Of a stretch of DNA of 32,000 bases, positions 17,670-27,026 are shown in pieces (the first letter of the stretch is position 1; each line of letters starts with the position of its first letter). Where the stretch lies: positions 117,689-149,688 of the forward strand of contig JAMWCX010000001.1 in NCBI GenBank assembly GCA_023818895.1, read 5' to 3'. A model generated the notes under the pieces. That model saw only the letters and a program-made list of their open reading frames with translations. It did not search any database and was not told the DNA's origin. The position numbers were made by a program, and so were the translations under genes. The DNA comes from Candidatus Omnitrophota bacterium (GTDB taxonomy: Bacteria; Omnitrophota; Gorgyraeia; 2-01-FULL-45-10).

Positions 17670-18098
17670 TTAATCCACTATTTTTCCCTCTACGTCTATG
17701 ACATTTTCGTCCTTTTTATTGATATTCTTACGGCTATACGCGAAGAAAGTTATGTTAGCCTTGGGAATCATTATCAGGTTAAGGAGAAAGCTTATGAAAC
17801 TGAAAAAAAGAGCCGCGAAGAACGCGCTCCAAAAGCTTTCTATGACGAATCCCTTTACGGCCCTCGAAGCAAGATATAACATGAACGCGTTTATTAGGAG
17901 AGTAAACATACCGAGAGACATTATATTTATGGGCAGCGTTAATAGAAGCAGCGCAGGGCGCACGAAAGCATTAAGAAGACCGATTAAGACAGAAGCTACC
18001 ACTAAAGATTCCCATCCTGACGCCCTTATGCCCGGCACAATATTGACAACAAAAAAGAGTGCTATTATATTTATCGTTAATTTTATTATGAAACCCAT
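17670..18098 (-). CDS. PF04020-type (phage holin family 4 / YvlD-like) four-TM membrane protein
   Basis: IALFFVVNIVPGIRASGWESLVVASVLIGLLNAFVRPALLLLTLPINIMSLGMFTLLINAFMLYLAS closely follows the YvlD/DUF360 pattern (VPG...LN..IRP.L..LTLP...LTLG.F....NA.ML). Confidence 0.75.
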   Translation of the reverse strand: MGFIIKLTINIIALFFVVNIVPGIRASGWESLVVASVLIGLLNAFVRPALLLLTLPINIMSLGMFTLLINAFMLYLASRAVKGFVIESFWSAFFAALFFSFISFLLNLIMIPKANITFFAYSRKNINKKDENVIDVEGKIVD

Positions 18099-18099
18099 C

Positions 18100-18516
18100 T
18101 TACTCCCCTATTATTTTTATAAGTACACGTTTCGGTCTTCTACCATCAAATTCACCGTAAAAAATCTGCTCCCAGGGGCCAAAGTCTAGTTTCCCAGCGG
18201 TAATCGCAACGACTACCTCTCTACCCATGACTGTACGCTTCAAGTGGGCGTCAGCGTTATCTTCACCGGTCAAATTATGCCGATACTTGTCTTTGCTATA
18301 AGGGGCTAATCTTTCGAGCCAGGTATTAAAATCCTGACGCAGGCCATTTTCATCGTCATTTATAAAGCAGCTGGCGGTAATGTGCATTGCATTGACAAGG
18401 CAGAGGCCCTCTTTGATGGAACTCTTGCGGACAGCCTCTTCCACCTGAGGGGTGATGTTTATGAGTTCCTGTCGAGATTTTGTGTTGAATGTCAGATACT
18501 GTGTGTATGACTTCAC
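18100..18516 (-). CDS. yjbQ: YjbQ/UPF0047 family protein (secondary thiamine-phosphate synthase-like)
   Basis: At 138 aa it carries [35 protein letters not shown]...[46 protein letters not shown], the hallmark YjbQ motifs. Confidence 0.8.
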   Translation of the reverse strand: MKSYTQYLTFNTKSRQELINITPQVEEAVRKSSIKEGLCLVNAMHITASCFINDDENGLRQDFNTWLERLAPYSKDKYRHNLTGEDNADAHLKRTVMGREVVVAITAGKLDFGPWEQIFYGEFDGRRPKRVLIKIIGE

Positions 18517-18550
18517 GGTGCGTTTTCTTCCTGATACCGAGCTATTTTCC

Positions 18551-19534
18551 TTAAGGCAGGGAGCCTTCGTTTATAGAGTCGATAAATTCTAACATCTTTT
18601 CGTAGCTTTTTACAACAGATATCTTTTCGCGAATTCGCTTCGCAAGAGGAAAGGACTTAAGATACCATATCGCCACCTTTCGCATGAGGCCCACTCTCAC
18701 CTTTTCGGAGGCGTCACAATATGTTTCTAGGTATGAGAGGTGTTTTTTGAGGACGTTTTTCTTATCCTCCAGCGTTGGTGACGCAACTTCCTTTCCGTTT
18801 GATATATACTCGGCGATCGCCCTGAATATCCACGGGTTTCCCAGACCGCCGCGCGCGACCAGTATGCCATCGCATCCGGTGGCAGCAAGCATTTTGCCAG
18901 CATGTTGCGGCGATAATATATTTCCGCTGCCGAAAACAGGTATATCGACGGAATTTTTAACGGCCTTTATTGTGTCATAATCTATATCTCCGGAATATTG
19001 CTGAAGCCTCGTCCGGCCGTGAACGAACAAGGCGGATGCGCCCGCATCCTCGATCATCCTGGCGATATCGACCATATCCTGGCATGTCTCGTTTTTATAA
19101 CCTATCCTTATCTTTACCGTAACTGGGATATCAAGTGCAGAGGAAAGTCTGTTTATTATAGCGCGCAGATTTTCGCGGTCCTGCAGAAGGTATGAGCCCG
19201 CCTTCTTGCGTATGACCTTTTTAGCCGGACAGGCTGCGTTTATATCGAGAAAGGATATCTTCAAGCGCGACAGGATGTCTTCCGCTGCCTTGAGCATGAT
19301 ATCAGGCTTCGAACCCAGAAGCTGAAGGGCAATCGGACGATCCTTATCGTGCGTTTTAAGAAGCGAGAGGGTCTTTTTTCTATGGTAAAAGACCGAATGG
19401 GAATCTACCATCTCGAAAAAAGCAAACGCCGCGTCGTGCTCCCTGGCTATAAGCCTGAAAGCCAGATCGGTGCAGCCGGACATAGGCGCAAGAAGGATGT
19501 TTGTTGGAAGAATATATTTTCCTATCGCCAGCAT
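18551..19534 (-). CDS. dusB: tRNA-dihydrouridine synthase (NifR3/DusB-like)
   Basis: At 327 aa it carries [24 protein letters not shown] and VTVKIRIG...[14 protein letters not shown]-like motifs of the Dus TIM-barrel flavoenzymes. Confidence 0.85.
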   Translation of the reverse strand: MLAIGKYILPTNILLAPMSGCTDLAFRLIAREHDAAFAFFEMVDSHSVFYHRKKTLSLLKTHDKDRPIALQLLGSKPDIMLKAAEDILSRLKISFLDINAACPAKKVIRKKAGSYLLQDRENLRAIINRLSSALDIPVTVKIRIGYKNETCQDMVDIARMIEDAGASALFVHGRTRLQQYSGDIDYDTIKAVKNSVDIPVFGSGNILSPQHAGKMLAATGCDGILVARGGLGNPWIFRAIAEYISNGKEVASPTLEDKKNVLKKHLSYLETYCDASEKVRVGLMRKVAIWYLKSFPLAKRIREKISVVKSYEKMLEFIDSINEGSLP

Positions 19535-19594
19535 AAAATTTTATCCCTTAAGGTAATAATAAACATTTTACGTCGAAGTTTTTTGTGTTGCAAT

Positions 19595-19622
19595 TTGAAT
19601 TTTTTTAAAAATATGATATAAT
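19595..19622 (+). promoter_or_regulatory. Sigma70-type promoter candidate abutting the only plus-strand gene
   Basis: TTGAAT (19595-19600), a 16-nt spacer, then TATAAT (19617-19622). Only 8 nt (ttacttca) precede ATG 19631, and there is no Shine-Dalgarno sequence. Confidence 0.4.
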
Positions 19623-19630
19623 TTACTTCA

Positions 19631-20125
19631 ATGAAAACTCATAATACCCTGCTGAAATATTTATTATGTGTTTTTGTGGTCGTGGCCTTGTCCTGCGTAA
19701 GCGCTTTTGGCCAAGAGCATATACGGAAACTTGATGCCGTGCGGGCCTCGATGACAAAGGTGGGCAGCTCTCTTCCTGAGCTCATCCGAAAAGCACAGCC
19801 GAGGGATATAAGGACACTGGAAAGATTGTTTGAAATAAACAACTATGCCCTCGTAACCATCGAATCGTACCTGAAGATGATCAAGATAGCGCTTTCTTCA
19901 GGGACTGGTATCAACAAAGAGGTCTTGGAGGTTCTGAACGGTTGGCTTAAGTTTATATCTCACTACTGCGATTACGATATCAAATATATCGATGAGGCGA
20001 TTGCTGAAACAAAGGACTCCGCTGTTGTAGAGGCGCTTAAGACCCAGAAGACCAACATCTCGACGCTAAAGGAGACTTCCCAGGCCGGCATTAAAGAAAA
20101 CACCGAACTCTCCAATAAATTATAA
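19631..20125 (+). CDS. Hypothetical secreted helical protein (164 aa)
   Basis: It has a signal-peptide-like N-terminus (LLKYLLCVFVVVALSCVSAFGQE). The remainder looks helical, with no motif I recognise. Confidence 0.55.
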   Translation: MKTHNTLLKYLLCVFVVVALSCVSAFGQEHIRKLDAVRASMTKVGSSLPELIRKAQPRDIRTLERLFEINNYALVTIESYLKMIKIALSSGTGINKEVLEVLNGWLKFISHYCDYDIKYIDEAIAETKDSAVVEALKTQKTNISTLKETSQAGIKENTELSNKL

Positions 20126-20151
20126 CCTTTTTGGATATTTCCTAATATAGA

Positions 20152-20565
20152 TTATTGTCTGGTTGCCCGGAGGGATTTACTTTCTTTAATTCTCTTCGGC
20201 CCCGGCTCCGGCGAGAGACTGCTGGTTATAGGGGCGAACGCGAGATTTATCTTTTCTGCTGGCGGCATTAGTTCGACAACTTCGACATTTTCAAATTCAA
20301 GATAGTCTGCCCTCTTCTCTTTAACCGCCATTATCTTATCGGCGTTTTCCTTAAGTTCGGCCTCCGTTTTTTGCGCGTCTTCCTTGATTGAGTTAAGCAA
20401 AATTTGTTTCTGCTCAAGGTCGCTTGTGTATTGGCCGGAGTAAGAGGTGATAGTTTCAGCTGCGCAGGTGGACATAAGAAAAGACACGCCCGTAAGGAAT
20501 ATCCCCATCCATAAAATTCCTTTTTTATAGAAGACAGTTTTTAGTTTAAGGCGTAAGAGCTTCAT
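20152..20565 (-). CDS. Hypothetical exported/anchored coiled-coil protein (about 137 aa)
   Basis: A hydrophobic segment (ILWMGIFLTGVSFLMSTCAAE) is followed by a charged helical stretch. I place the start at ATG 20565, preceded by GAGGTG. The ORF-track start at 20574 is a GTG three codons upstream. Confidence 0.5.
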   Translation of the reverse strand: MKLLRLKLKTVFYKKGILWMGIFLTGVSFLMSTCAAETITSYSGQYTSDLEQKQILLNSIKEDAQKTEAELKENADKIMAVKEKRADYLEFENVEVVELMPPAEKINLAFAPITSSLSPEPGPKRIKESKSLRATRQ

Positions 20566-20692
20566 TTTCAACACCTCGACTTCCGCTTTCTAAAAGTTTT
20601 TATCATAGAATCAAAAAAAATTACATCCTCACATTACTAGTATACCATAAAATAAGACATAAACAAGCATGTTAAACTAACTTTTTTGTATT

Positions 20693-22357
20693 TTAATCGG
20701 GGAATGGGATTATTTTCTCGACGGAAAAATTGTGTTCGAAAGCAGTATTGGCTGCTAAATGAGGGGCCTTGAGCTGCGCCTCTTGGCCGCCTTCGGAAAT
20801 TCTTCTGCGCCTGTAATCTTCCAGCGCCCCATCTCTAAGGACTTTCAGCACAGGGCTTTTTAATAGCTGGGCGTTTCTTACATAGTCGTATTCCCTGTCC
20901 TGCCTTCTAAGTTCGCTTTCCATCGATACCAAAAAACGTTTTTTATCCTCTTCGGATAAGTCAGTATTCGCGAATTCCACAAGGAAAGCGTAGCGCGGGC
21001 CTTCCTCGGGGTGCGCAACCGCGCAAAAAAATTTAAGTGAGATATTCTCCATTTTTACGACGTTGCTAAGTGCCGCATTGACATGTGATTCATAAAGTTT
21101 TTCACCTGCCAGGGATGAGGCGCCCTTGCCTTTTTGGACGAACTCTATCATCGGCGTCTTATTGTAGAAGTCGTATACTTTTATTATGTCATCGATGTTA
21201 TATCTGTAGAGTCCGCCCGCTGTGGTTACTACCAGAAAATATTCTTTGTCCTTCTCGAGTTCATTGCATAGTAAAACCCTTTTGCGAGCGCTGTTTTCGT
21301 CTTCGCGCGGTATGAATTCATAAAAATTGGTCTGTATGGCCAGCACTCCGCCGGCGTCGGTGTCATTGATCGGTATCGAGCTTCTGGCCTCGGTGGAAAC
21401 ACAACCCATATCCCTGGTGGGAACTTTGCCAAAATATGACTCCAATTCTTTCAGATATATCCCCATGACGCCGCCCTTCCAGCACTCGATTAGTTTAAGA
21501 TTCGGCCAAATATATCTGGGCATAAGCATGCCGTGTTCTTTTATTATATTTCGAAGTTTGTCAGCTCTACGCTTGTCAGCTTTAAGTCCTTTTTCTATAA
21601 TCCTGCGTATCCGCGAGGGGATATCAAAGTCACCACAGACAGTCCCTTTTTCTATATCCTCTATTATAAGATTTTTCCATTTGTCGATCTTGCGGCATAA
21701 TATGGTTATTGCGTTAGGGTTTAGGGTAGCGATATCGGTTATATCGGCCTGTATGGCAAGGCGTAGTATCGTGTAGTGGCGGGCTTCATACGACTCGATT
21801 TCGAATACCTCATACGGAATAGCGTAAAGTTTTTTTACCGGCCCCGGCAGGGCCTTGTAACTGTAGCCTGACTCAGCGCCGAATAATATTCCTGAAGGAG
21901 TCACCCCTTCTCTTATCGGGCTGACTATCGCCAGGATTTTGCCGTTTGCGACATCGGGATGGTCTCTGGCTATATAGTAACTCCATAGATTCATGAGGTC
22001 ATCTTTTTTTGCTTCCGAATATTTAGTGGTCGGAATTAGCTTCGGCTTGTCTGTTGTGCCGCTTGTTACGCCGAAGAATATCGGCTTGTCTTTTGTGAGT
22101 ATGTTATTTTCGCCGGAGGCCATCCTGTCCACAAGAGGCCTTATATCTTCGTAATCGACCATCGGTACGGAAGATAGATAATCTTTTATAGACCTTATTC
22201 GGCAGAATCCGAACCGTCGGCCGTATTCTGTGTCTTTGTTGCGTCTTATATATTCGAAAAGCACCCTCTCTTGGGCCTTCAAGGGATCGAGTGTGGCCAT
22301 TTCAAAAGCCCTGCGTCGCGGTTCGAGAAGCTTAAATGAGAGGGTGACTATATTCAA
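20693..22357 (-). CDS. GH3-family (auxin-responsive-promoter family) adenylating acyl-acid amido synthetase homolog
   Basis: RFGFCRIRSIKDYLSSVPMVDYEDIRPLVDRMASGENNILTKDKPIFFGVTSGTTDKPKLIP is the GH3 N-terminal signature. The start is uncertain. TTG 22357 has a GGAGG 8 nt upstream and gives a typical N-terminal length. The ORF is open up to TTG 22447, and ATG 22300 is a further option. Confidence 0.8.
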   Translation of the reverse strand: MNIVTLSFKLLEPRRRAFEMATLDPLKAQERVLFEYIRRNKDTEYGRRFGFCRIRSIKDYLSSVPMVDYEDIRPLVDRMASGENNILTKDKPIFFGVTSGTTDKPKLIPTTKYSEAKKDDLMNLWSYYIARDHPDVANGKILAIVSPIREGVTPSGILFGAESGYSYKALPGPVKKLYAIPYEVFEIESYEARHYTILRLAIQADITDIATLNPNAITILCRKIDKWKNLIIEDIEKGTVCGDFDIPSRIRRIIEKGLKADKRRADKLRNIIKEHGMLMPRYIWPNLKLIECWKGGVMGIYLKELESYFGKVPTRDMGCVSTEARSSIPINDTDAGGVLAIQTNFYEFIPREDENSARKRVLLCNELEKDKEYFLVVTTAGGLYRYNIDDIIKVYDFYNKTPMIEFVQKGKGASSLAGEKLYESHVNAALSNVVKMENISLKFFCAVAHPEEGPRYAFLVEFANTDLSEEDKKRFLVSMESELRRQDREYDYVRNAQLLKSPVLKVLRDGALEDYRRRRISEGGQEAQLKAPHLAANTAFEHNFSVEKIIPFPD

Positions 22358-22459
22358 CTGCTGGACCTCCGTCTCCTGGTATTCGCTAAAATGCTTAAAA
22401 GGGATTGTGCCTATCGATATTTTACTATGTGTAATTTGAAAGTGCAAAACTATTTGAGA

Positions 22460-24130
22460 TTAGGGATGGTCGTAAGTGGAATAGTAATACGGCGTGAAGG
22501 CCTGGAATTCGGCGGCGCAGGTATCGACAAGCTTAAAATCCGGAATTATATTATGGGACTTCCGCAACGCCCGTATGGAGGATTCATCTGTGCCGATTAG
22601 GCGCGCGAGCTGGGCGTCGCTAAAACCCATCTCCTTGGCGCGGGAGAGCGTCTTTACGGTAATGGATTCTTTTTTTTCAACTATTTCTTTCTCAAGTTCT
22701 ATGACCTCCAGTATGTTATGGAGAAACCAGCGGTCTATTTTTGTTATCTCGTATATCTCCTCTATGCCCATGCCGGCCCTCAAGGCGTCCCCTATATAAA
22801 ATATCCTTTCCGCGTTAGGTGTTCTTAACTTATCTCGTATCAACCGCGCCTGGTCCTCATTTGTTTTCACCTTGCCTAACTCGTCCTTCTTAAAGAGGAT
22901 GCTTTCCAGCCCCGCTTTTTTAATCTCGAGCGAACGAAGGCCTTTCTGCAGCGCCTCTTTAAAGGTCCTGCCTATTGACATGGCTTCGCCCACAGATTTC
23001 ATTGATATGGTAAGCGTCGGGTCGGCTGAGGGGAACTTCTCGAAGGTGAACCGGGGTATCTTTACCACACAGTAATCGATTGACGGTTCGAAACAGGCAG
23101 GAGTCTTTTGGGTTATGTCGTTCGGTATCTCATCGAGAGTGTAGCCGACAGCAAGCTTTGCCGCTATCTTGGCTATCGGGAAACCCGTGGCTTTAGATGC
23201 CAGCGCGGAGCTTCTGGAGACCCGCGGGTTCATCTCGATAACCACCATCCTGCCGGTGTCGGGGTTGACCGCGAACTGGATATTTGAGCCGCCAGTGGCC
23301 ACGCCTATTTCACGTATGCAGGCAATAGCCGCGTTCCGCATTTGCTGGTATTCCCTATCGGTAAGTGTCTGGGCCGGCGCTACGGTAATCGAGTCGCCCG
23401 TATGGATTCCCATAGGATCTAAGTTTTCTATCGAACAGATTATGACAACGTTGTCCTTGGCATCTCTCATCACCTCGAGCTCAAATTCTTTCCAACCTAT
23501 GACGGATTCTTCTATGAGAATTTCGCCTATCATGCTTGAGTCAAGGCCTATCTTAGCCAGGTGCTTGAATTCCTCCATATTGTACGCTATGCTGCCGCCG
23601 GTGCCTCCGAGTGTGAAACTCGTCCGAATTATTATCGGAAATCCGATTGACTCGGCTGCGGAGATGGCTTCTTTTAGCGTGTAGGCCCTTTCGCTTCTTG
23701 GAAGATCGAGACCGATGCGCTGCATAGCTTCTTTAAAGAGCTGCCTATCCTCAGCTTTCTTGATGGCTTTAATATCCGCGCCTATAAGTTCTACTTTATA
23801 TTTTCGAAGTACGTCAGTACGGGCGAGACCGACGGCCGTGTTGAGCGCTGTCTGTCCTCCCAGAGTCGGAAGAAGCGCGTCAGGTCTTTCTTTCTCTATT
23901 ATCTTAGCTACGGTTTCAACAGTAATTGGTTCTACATAGGTGCTGTCCGCCATTTCGGGATCCGTCATTATGGTGGCGGGGTTAGAGTTTACCAGCACGA
24001 CGTGATAACCTTCGGATTTTAGCACCTTGCATGCCTGGGAGCCAGAATAGTCAAATTCGCATGCCTGGCCTATAACTATCGGACCGGCGCCAATTATCAG
24101 GATTTTTTTAATGTCTTTACGCTTGGGCAT
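22460..24130 (-). CDS. carB: Carbamoyl-phosphate synthase large subunit, N-terminal half only (556 aa)
   Basis: It is collinear with residues 1 to about 560 of the full-length carB at 254-3526 ([42 protein letters not shown]...). It ends at ...[12 protein letters not shown]-stop, which is the boundary before the second ATP-grasp half. Its start overlaps the carA stop by 14 nt. Confidence 0.9.
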   Translation of the reverse strand: MPKRKDIKKILIIGAGPIVIGQACEFDYSGSQACKVLKSEGYHVVLVNSNPATIMTDPEMADSTYVEPITVETVAKIIEKERPDALLPTLGGQTALNTAVGLARTDVLRKYKVELIGADIKAIKKAEDRQLFKEAMQRIGLDLPRSERAYTLKEAISAAESIGFPIIIRTSFTLGGTGGSIAYNMEEFKHLAKIGLDSSMIGEILIEESVIGWKEFELEVMRDAKDNVVIICSIENLDPMGIHTGDSITVAPAQTLTDREYQQMRNAAIACIREIGVATGGSNIQFAVNPDTGRMVVIEMNPRVSRSSALASKATGFPIAKIAAKLAVGYTLDEIPNDITQKTPACFEPSIDYCVVKIPRFTFEKFPSADPTLTISMKSVGEAMSIGRTFKEALQKGLRSLEIKKAGLESILFKKDELGKVKTNEDQARLIRDKLRTPNAERIFYIGDALRAGMGIEEIYEITKIDRWFLHNILEVIELEKEIVEKKESITVKTLSRAKEMGFSDAQLARLIGTDESSIRALRKSHNIIPDFKLVDTCAAEFQAFTPYYYSTYDHP

Positions 24131-25208
24131 ATCTATTTCGCTTCATCATTTCCACGAATTTTCCAAAAAGATATTCGGCGTCCTTCGGGCCGGGGCAAGC
24201 TTCGGGGTGGAACTGGACGGAAAATATGGGCAGCTTCTTGTGCCGCATTCCTTCTAGCGTTTGGTCGTTGAGGTTTATGTGTGTTATCTCGATCTCTTTT
24301 TTGTTCAGCGTATCTATATCAACGCAGAAGCCGTGGTTCTGCACGCTTATAGCGACCTTGCCGGTCTTCAGGTCCTTGACGGGCTGGTTTCCGCCATGAT
24401 GACCGAAATTTAGCTTGAAGGTTTTGCCTCCAAAAGCTTGGCCGAGCATCTGGTGGCCGAGACAGATGCCGAATATAGGAACTTTGCCAATAAGATCGCG
24501 GGTCGTCTCCACTATATATGGCAGCGCAGCCGGGTCGCCGGGGCCATTTGAAAGCATCAGGCCGTTGGGTTTTAGCGAAAGTATCTCTTTGGCTGTGGCG
24601 GTGGCGGGAACTACCGTCACCTTACAGTTATTTTTAGCGAGTTCCCGCATTATATTGAATTTCGCGCCGCAGTCGAGAACGACAACATTAAGCGCTCCGT
24701 TACGGTTCCATTCATAAGGCTTTTCCGGTGTGACTTCCCTCACAAGATCGCGGCCGATTAGGCCGGCGGAGGCCTTTGCCTTGGCGACGAGACTTTCCTC
24801 GTCCGTATCGGTTGTTGATATCACCGCTTTCATTGCTCCGGCCTGCCTGATATGAAGCGTTAGACTGCGCGTATCGACGCCTTCGATTCCGACGATACCG
24901 TTTTGCTTAAGGTATTCGTCAAGCGTTTGTCTTGACCTCCAGTTGGAAGCTATCTTTGAGTATTCCTTTACGACAAAACCTTCGACAAACGGTTTTCTGG
25001 ATTCGACATCTTCGTCATTTATACCGTAATTGCCGATAAGCGGATAGGTCATGGCGACTATTTGCCCCTTGTAGGATGGGTCAGTGAGGATTTCCTGGTA
25101 GCCCGTTATACTGGTATTGAAGACGACCTCTCCGTACCGCTCACCATACGCTCCGAACGATATGCCTCTGTATACATTTCCATCTTCCAACGCGAGTATT
25201 GCTTTCAT
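24117..25208 (-). CDS. carA: Carbamoyl-phosphate synthase small subunit (glutamine amidotransferase), canonical
   Basis: At 363 aa it keeps an intact triad context: [17 protein letters not shown] and [14 protein letters not shown]. Confidence 0.95.
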   Translation of the reverse strand: MKAILALEDGNVYRGISFGAYGERYGEVVFNTSITGYQEILTDPSYKGQIVAMTYPLIGNYGINDEDVESRKPFVEGFVVKEYSKIASNWRSRQTLDEYLKQNGIVGIEGVDTRSLTLHIRQAGAMKAVISTTDTDEESLVAKAKASAGLIGRDLVREVTPEKPYEWNRNGALNVVVLDCGAKFNIMRELAKNNCKVTVVPATATAKEILSLKPNGLMLSNGPGDPAALPYIVETTRDLIGKVPIFGICLGHQMLGQAFGGKTFKLNFGHHGGNQPVKDLKTGKVAISVQNHGFCVDIDTLNKKEIEITHINLNDQTLEGMRHKKLPIFSVQFHPEACPGPKDAEYLFGKFVEMMKRNRYAQA

Positions 25209-25265
25209 GTATTTTTTCCGTATCTAGAATCGCCAAATTATATATAATTACTCCTTAAAAGTCAA

Positions 25266-26874
25266 TTATCGTACTTTCCTATGGAGTGAGGCCTTTATGA
25301 AGTCCCTAAAGAGTGGGTGAGGCCTATCGGGTTTTGATTTAAATTCCGGATGATACTGTACAGCTATGAAAAAGGGGTGGTCCTTTATTTCGACCATTTC
25401 TACCAGATTTTTGTTCGGATATATACCGGAAAATACCATACCGGCTTCACCTAGAAGGGAGCGGTATTTATTGTTAAACTCATAGCGGTGTCGGTGTCTT
25501 TCTAGTATCAAGTCCTTGCCATATGCGCGATAGGCAATCGTTCCTTTTTTTATTTCGCAGGGATAAACGCCGAGGCGCATTGTTCCTCCCATGTCTCTTA
25601 TGCTCTTCTGTTCCTCCAATAGGCTGATTACAGGGTGAGGCGTATCTTGATCGAATTCCGTGGAATTAGCTCCTTTAAGACCGCATTTATTGCGCGCGAA
25701 CTCGATTACCGCGCATTGCATGCCAAGGCATAGGCCGAAGAAGGGTATCTTGTGCTCACGGGCATACCCGATCGCCTTTATCTTGCCTTCGATGCCGCGA
25801 TAACCAAAACCTCCGGGAACGAGTATCCCGTTTACGCCTTTGAGGAGCTTCTCGCCTCCGTCCTTTTCAACCTCCTCTGAATCCACTTTTTTTATCTCAA
25901 CGCGGGTATTATTGTATATGCCTCCATGTGTCAGCGCTTCATATATAGACTTATAGGCGTCCTGAAGTCCGATATACTTTCCGACTACCGCTATCTTTAC
26001 GGTATGCTTAGGATTAAGAATACGGTTTACGACCTTATTTTGCCAGTTCTTTAAATCTGTAGTTTTTGAACGAAGTTCTAAATGAGCAAGGATGAACTTA
26101 TCGAGCCCTTGCTGCTTGAATATCAGCGGGACCTGGTATATTGTCTGCGCGTCAGGCGCTTCTATGACAGCCTCTTTACGAACATTGCAGAGAAGAGAGA
26201 TCTTTTCCTTCATGTCGTCTGAGAGGGGTTTTTCGGTGCGGCAGATAAGGATATCCGGCTGGATGCCTATCTCTCGCAGTTTTCCCACGGAATGCTGGGT
26301 CGGTTTGGTCTTTATTTCACCGGCTGATTTTACGTAAGGTATCAGCGTGAGGTGTATGTAGAGGGCATTGCGATATCCGACGTCCAACCGGAACTGCCGG
26401 GCCGCTTCCAGGAATGGCAAACTCTCTATGTCGCCGACTGTCCCGCCGATCTCGACTATCATGATGTCAGCGGCCGAGACCTGTGCGGCCTTCTTGATGC
26501 GCTCCTTGATCTCGTCGGTTATGTGGGGTATAACCTGTTATGGTCTTTCCAAGATAGTCGCCGCGCCTCTCTCTTGAGATGACTGAATTGTAGACCTGGC
26601 CGGTCGTCACGTTGTTAAATTTTGTCATCTGGGCGTTGGTGAACCGCTCATAGTGGCCAAGGTCGAGGTCCGTCTCTGCGCCGTCCTCGGTAACATATAC
26701 CTCGCCGTGCTGATAGGGGTTCATAATGCCGGGGTCTACGTTGATATACGGATCGAGTTTGATGAGCGAGACTTCAAGGCCTCGTGACTCAAGTATCTTG
26801 CCTATAGATGCAGAGGCAATGCCCTTGCCAAGACTTGAAATGACGCCGCCCGTCGTGAATATGTATTTTGTCAT
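25266..26874 (-). pseudogene. pyrG: CTP synthase (pyrG) split by a single-nucleotide insertion, or a sequencing error
   Basis: ORF 26467-26874 encodes [25 protein letters not shown]...RGDYLGKTI and then runs out of frame. Shifting by one base at about 26538-26539 restores [44 protein letters not shown], which continues into ORF 25266-26462. The observed sequence ATAACAGGTTATA would be in frame as ATACAGGTTATA. Confidence 0.85.
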
Positions 26875-26898
26875 CTTCGTCTCCCTTGCATAAACAAT

Positions 26899-26941
26899 AA
26901 AGGCGTTTCGATAGCCGATAGTACGGCATCAAAACGCCTTT
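26899..26941 (-). terminator. Long hairpin with a U-rich tail between gdhA and pyrG
   Basis: AAAGGCGTTT (26899-26908) pairs with AAACGCCTTT (26932-26941). An inner GAT-GCCG/CGGC-ATC extension closes on a hexaloop. On the minus strand it is followed by AUUGUUUAU, then GGGAGA and the pyrG ATG at 26874. Confidence 0.45.
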
Positions 26942-26979
26942 GTTTGTGTAGCAGTAGATCTACGCTGAGCTACTTTTCA

Positions 26980-27007
26980 ATTATAACATATTATTTAAAT
27001 ATGACAA
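26980..27007 (-). promoter_or_regulatory. Sigma70-type promoter candidate upstream of the pyrG leader hairpin
   Basis: On the minus strand: TTGTCA (27007-27002), a 16-nt spacer, then TATAAT (26985-26980). Confidence 0.35.
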
Positions 27008-27026
27008 CCCGATAATCTGGCTGTTT

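Noticed and set aside
17670-18516. The holin-family protein next to yjbQ could be a lysis cassette or prophage remnant.
   Set aside because: PF04020/YvlD-like proteins are widespread chromosomal membrane proteins. There is no endolysin, spanin, capsid, terminase or integrase gene nearby.
22460-24130. The half-length carB could be a simple truncation artefact or pseudogene.
   Set aside because: I kept it as a real feature. The ORF ends exactly at the inter-half domain boundary with a clean stop and shows no decay of catalytic ATP-grasp motifs. It keeps the overlapping junction with an intact carA and is followed immediately by another intact gene. Read-level confirmation is still needed.
254-25208. 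The two carA-carB copies could be direct repeats bounding a mobile or inserted island that carries the giant gene.
   Set aside because: I found no integrase, transposase, tRNA target, att-like direct repeats or inverted terminal repeats. The copies are diverged paralogs (protein-level similarity only in part, different lengths). The intervening genes include ordinary housekeeping functions (dusB, yjbQ, DUF1846).
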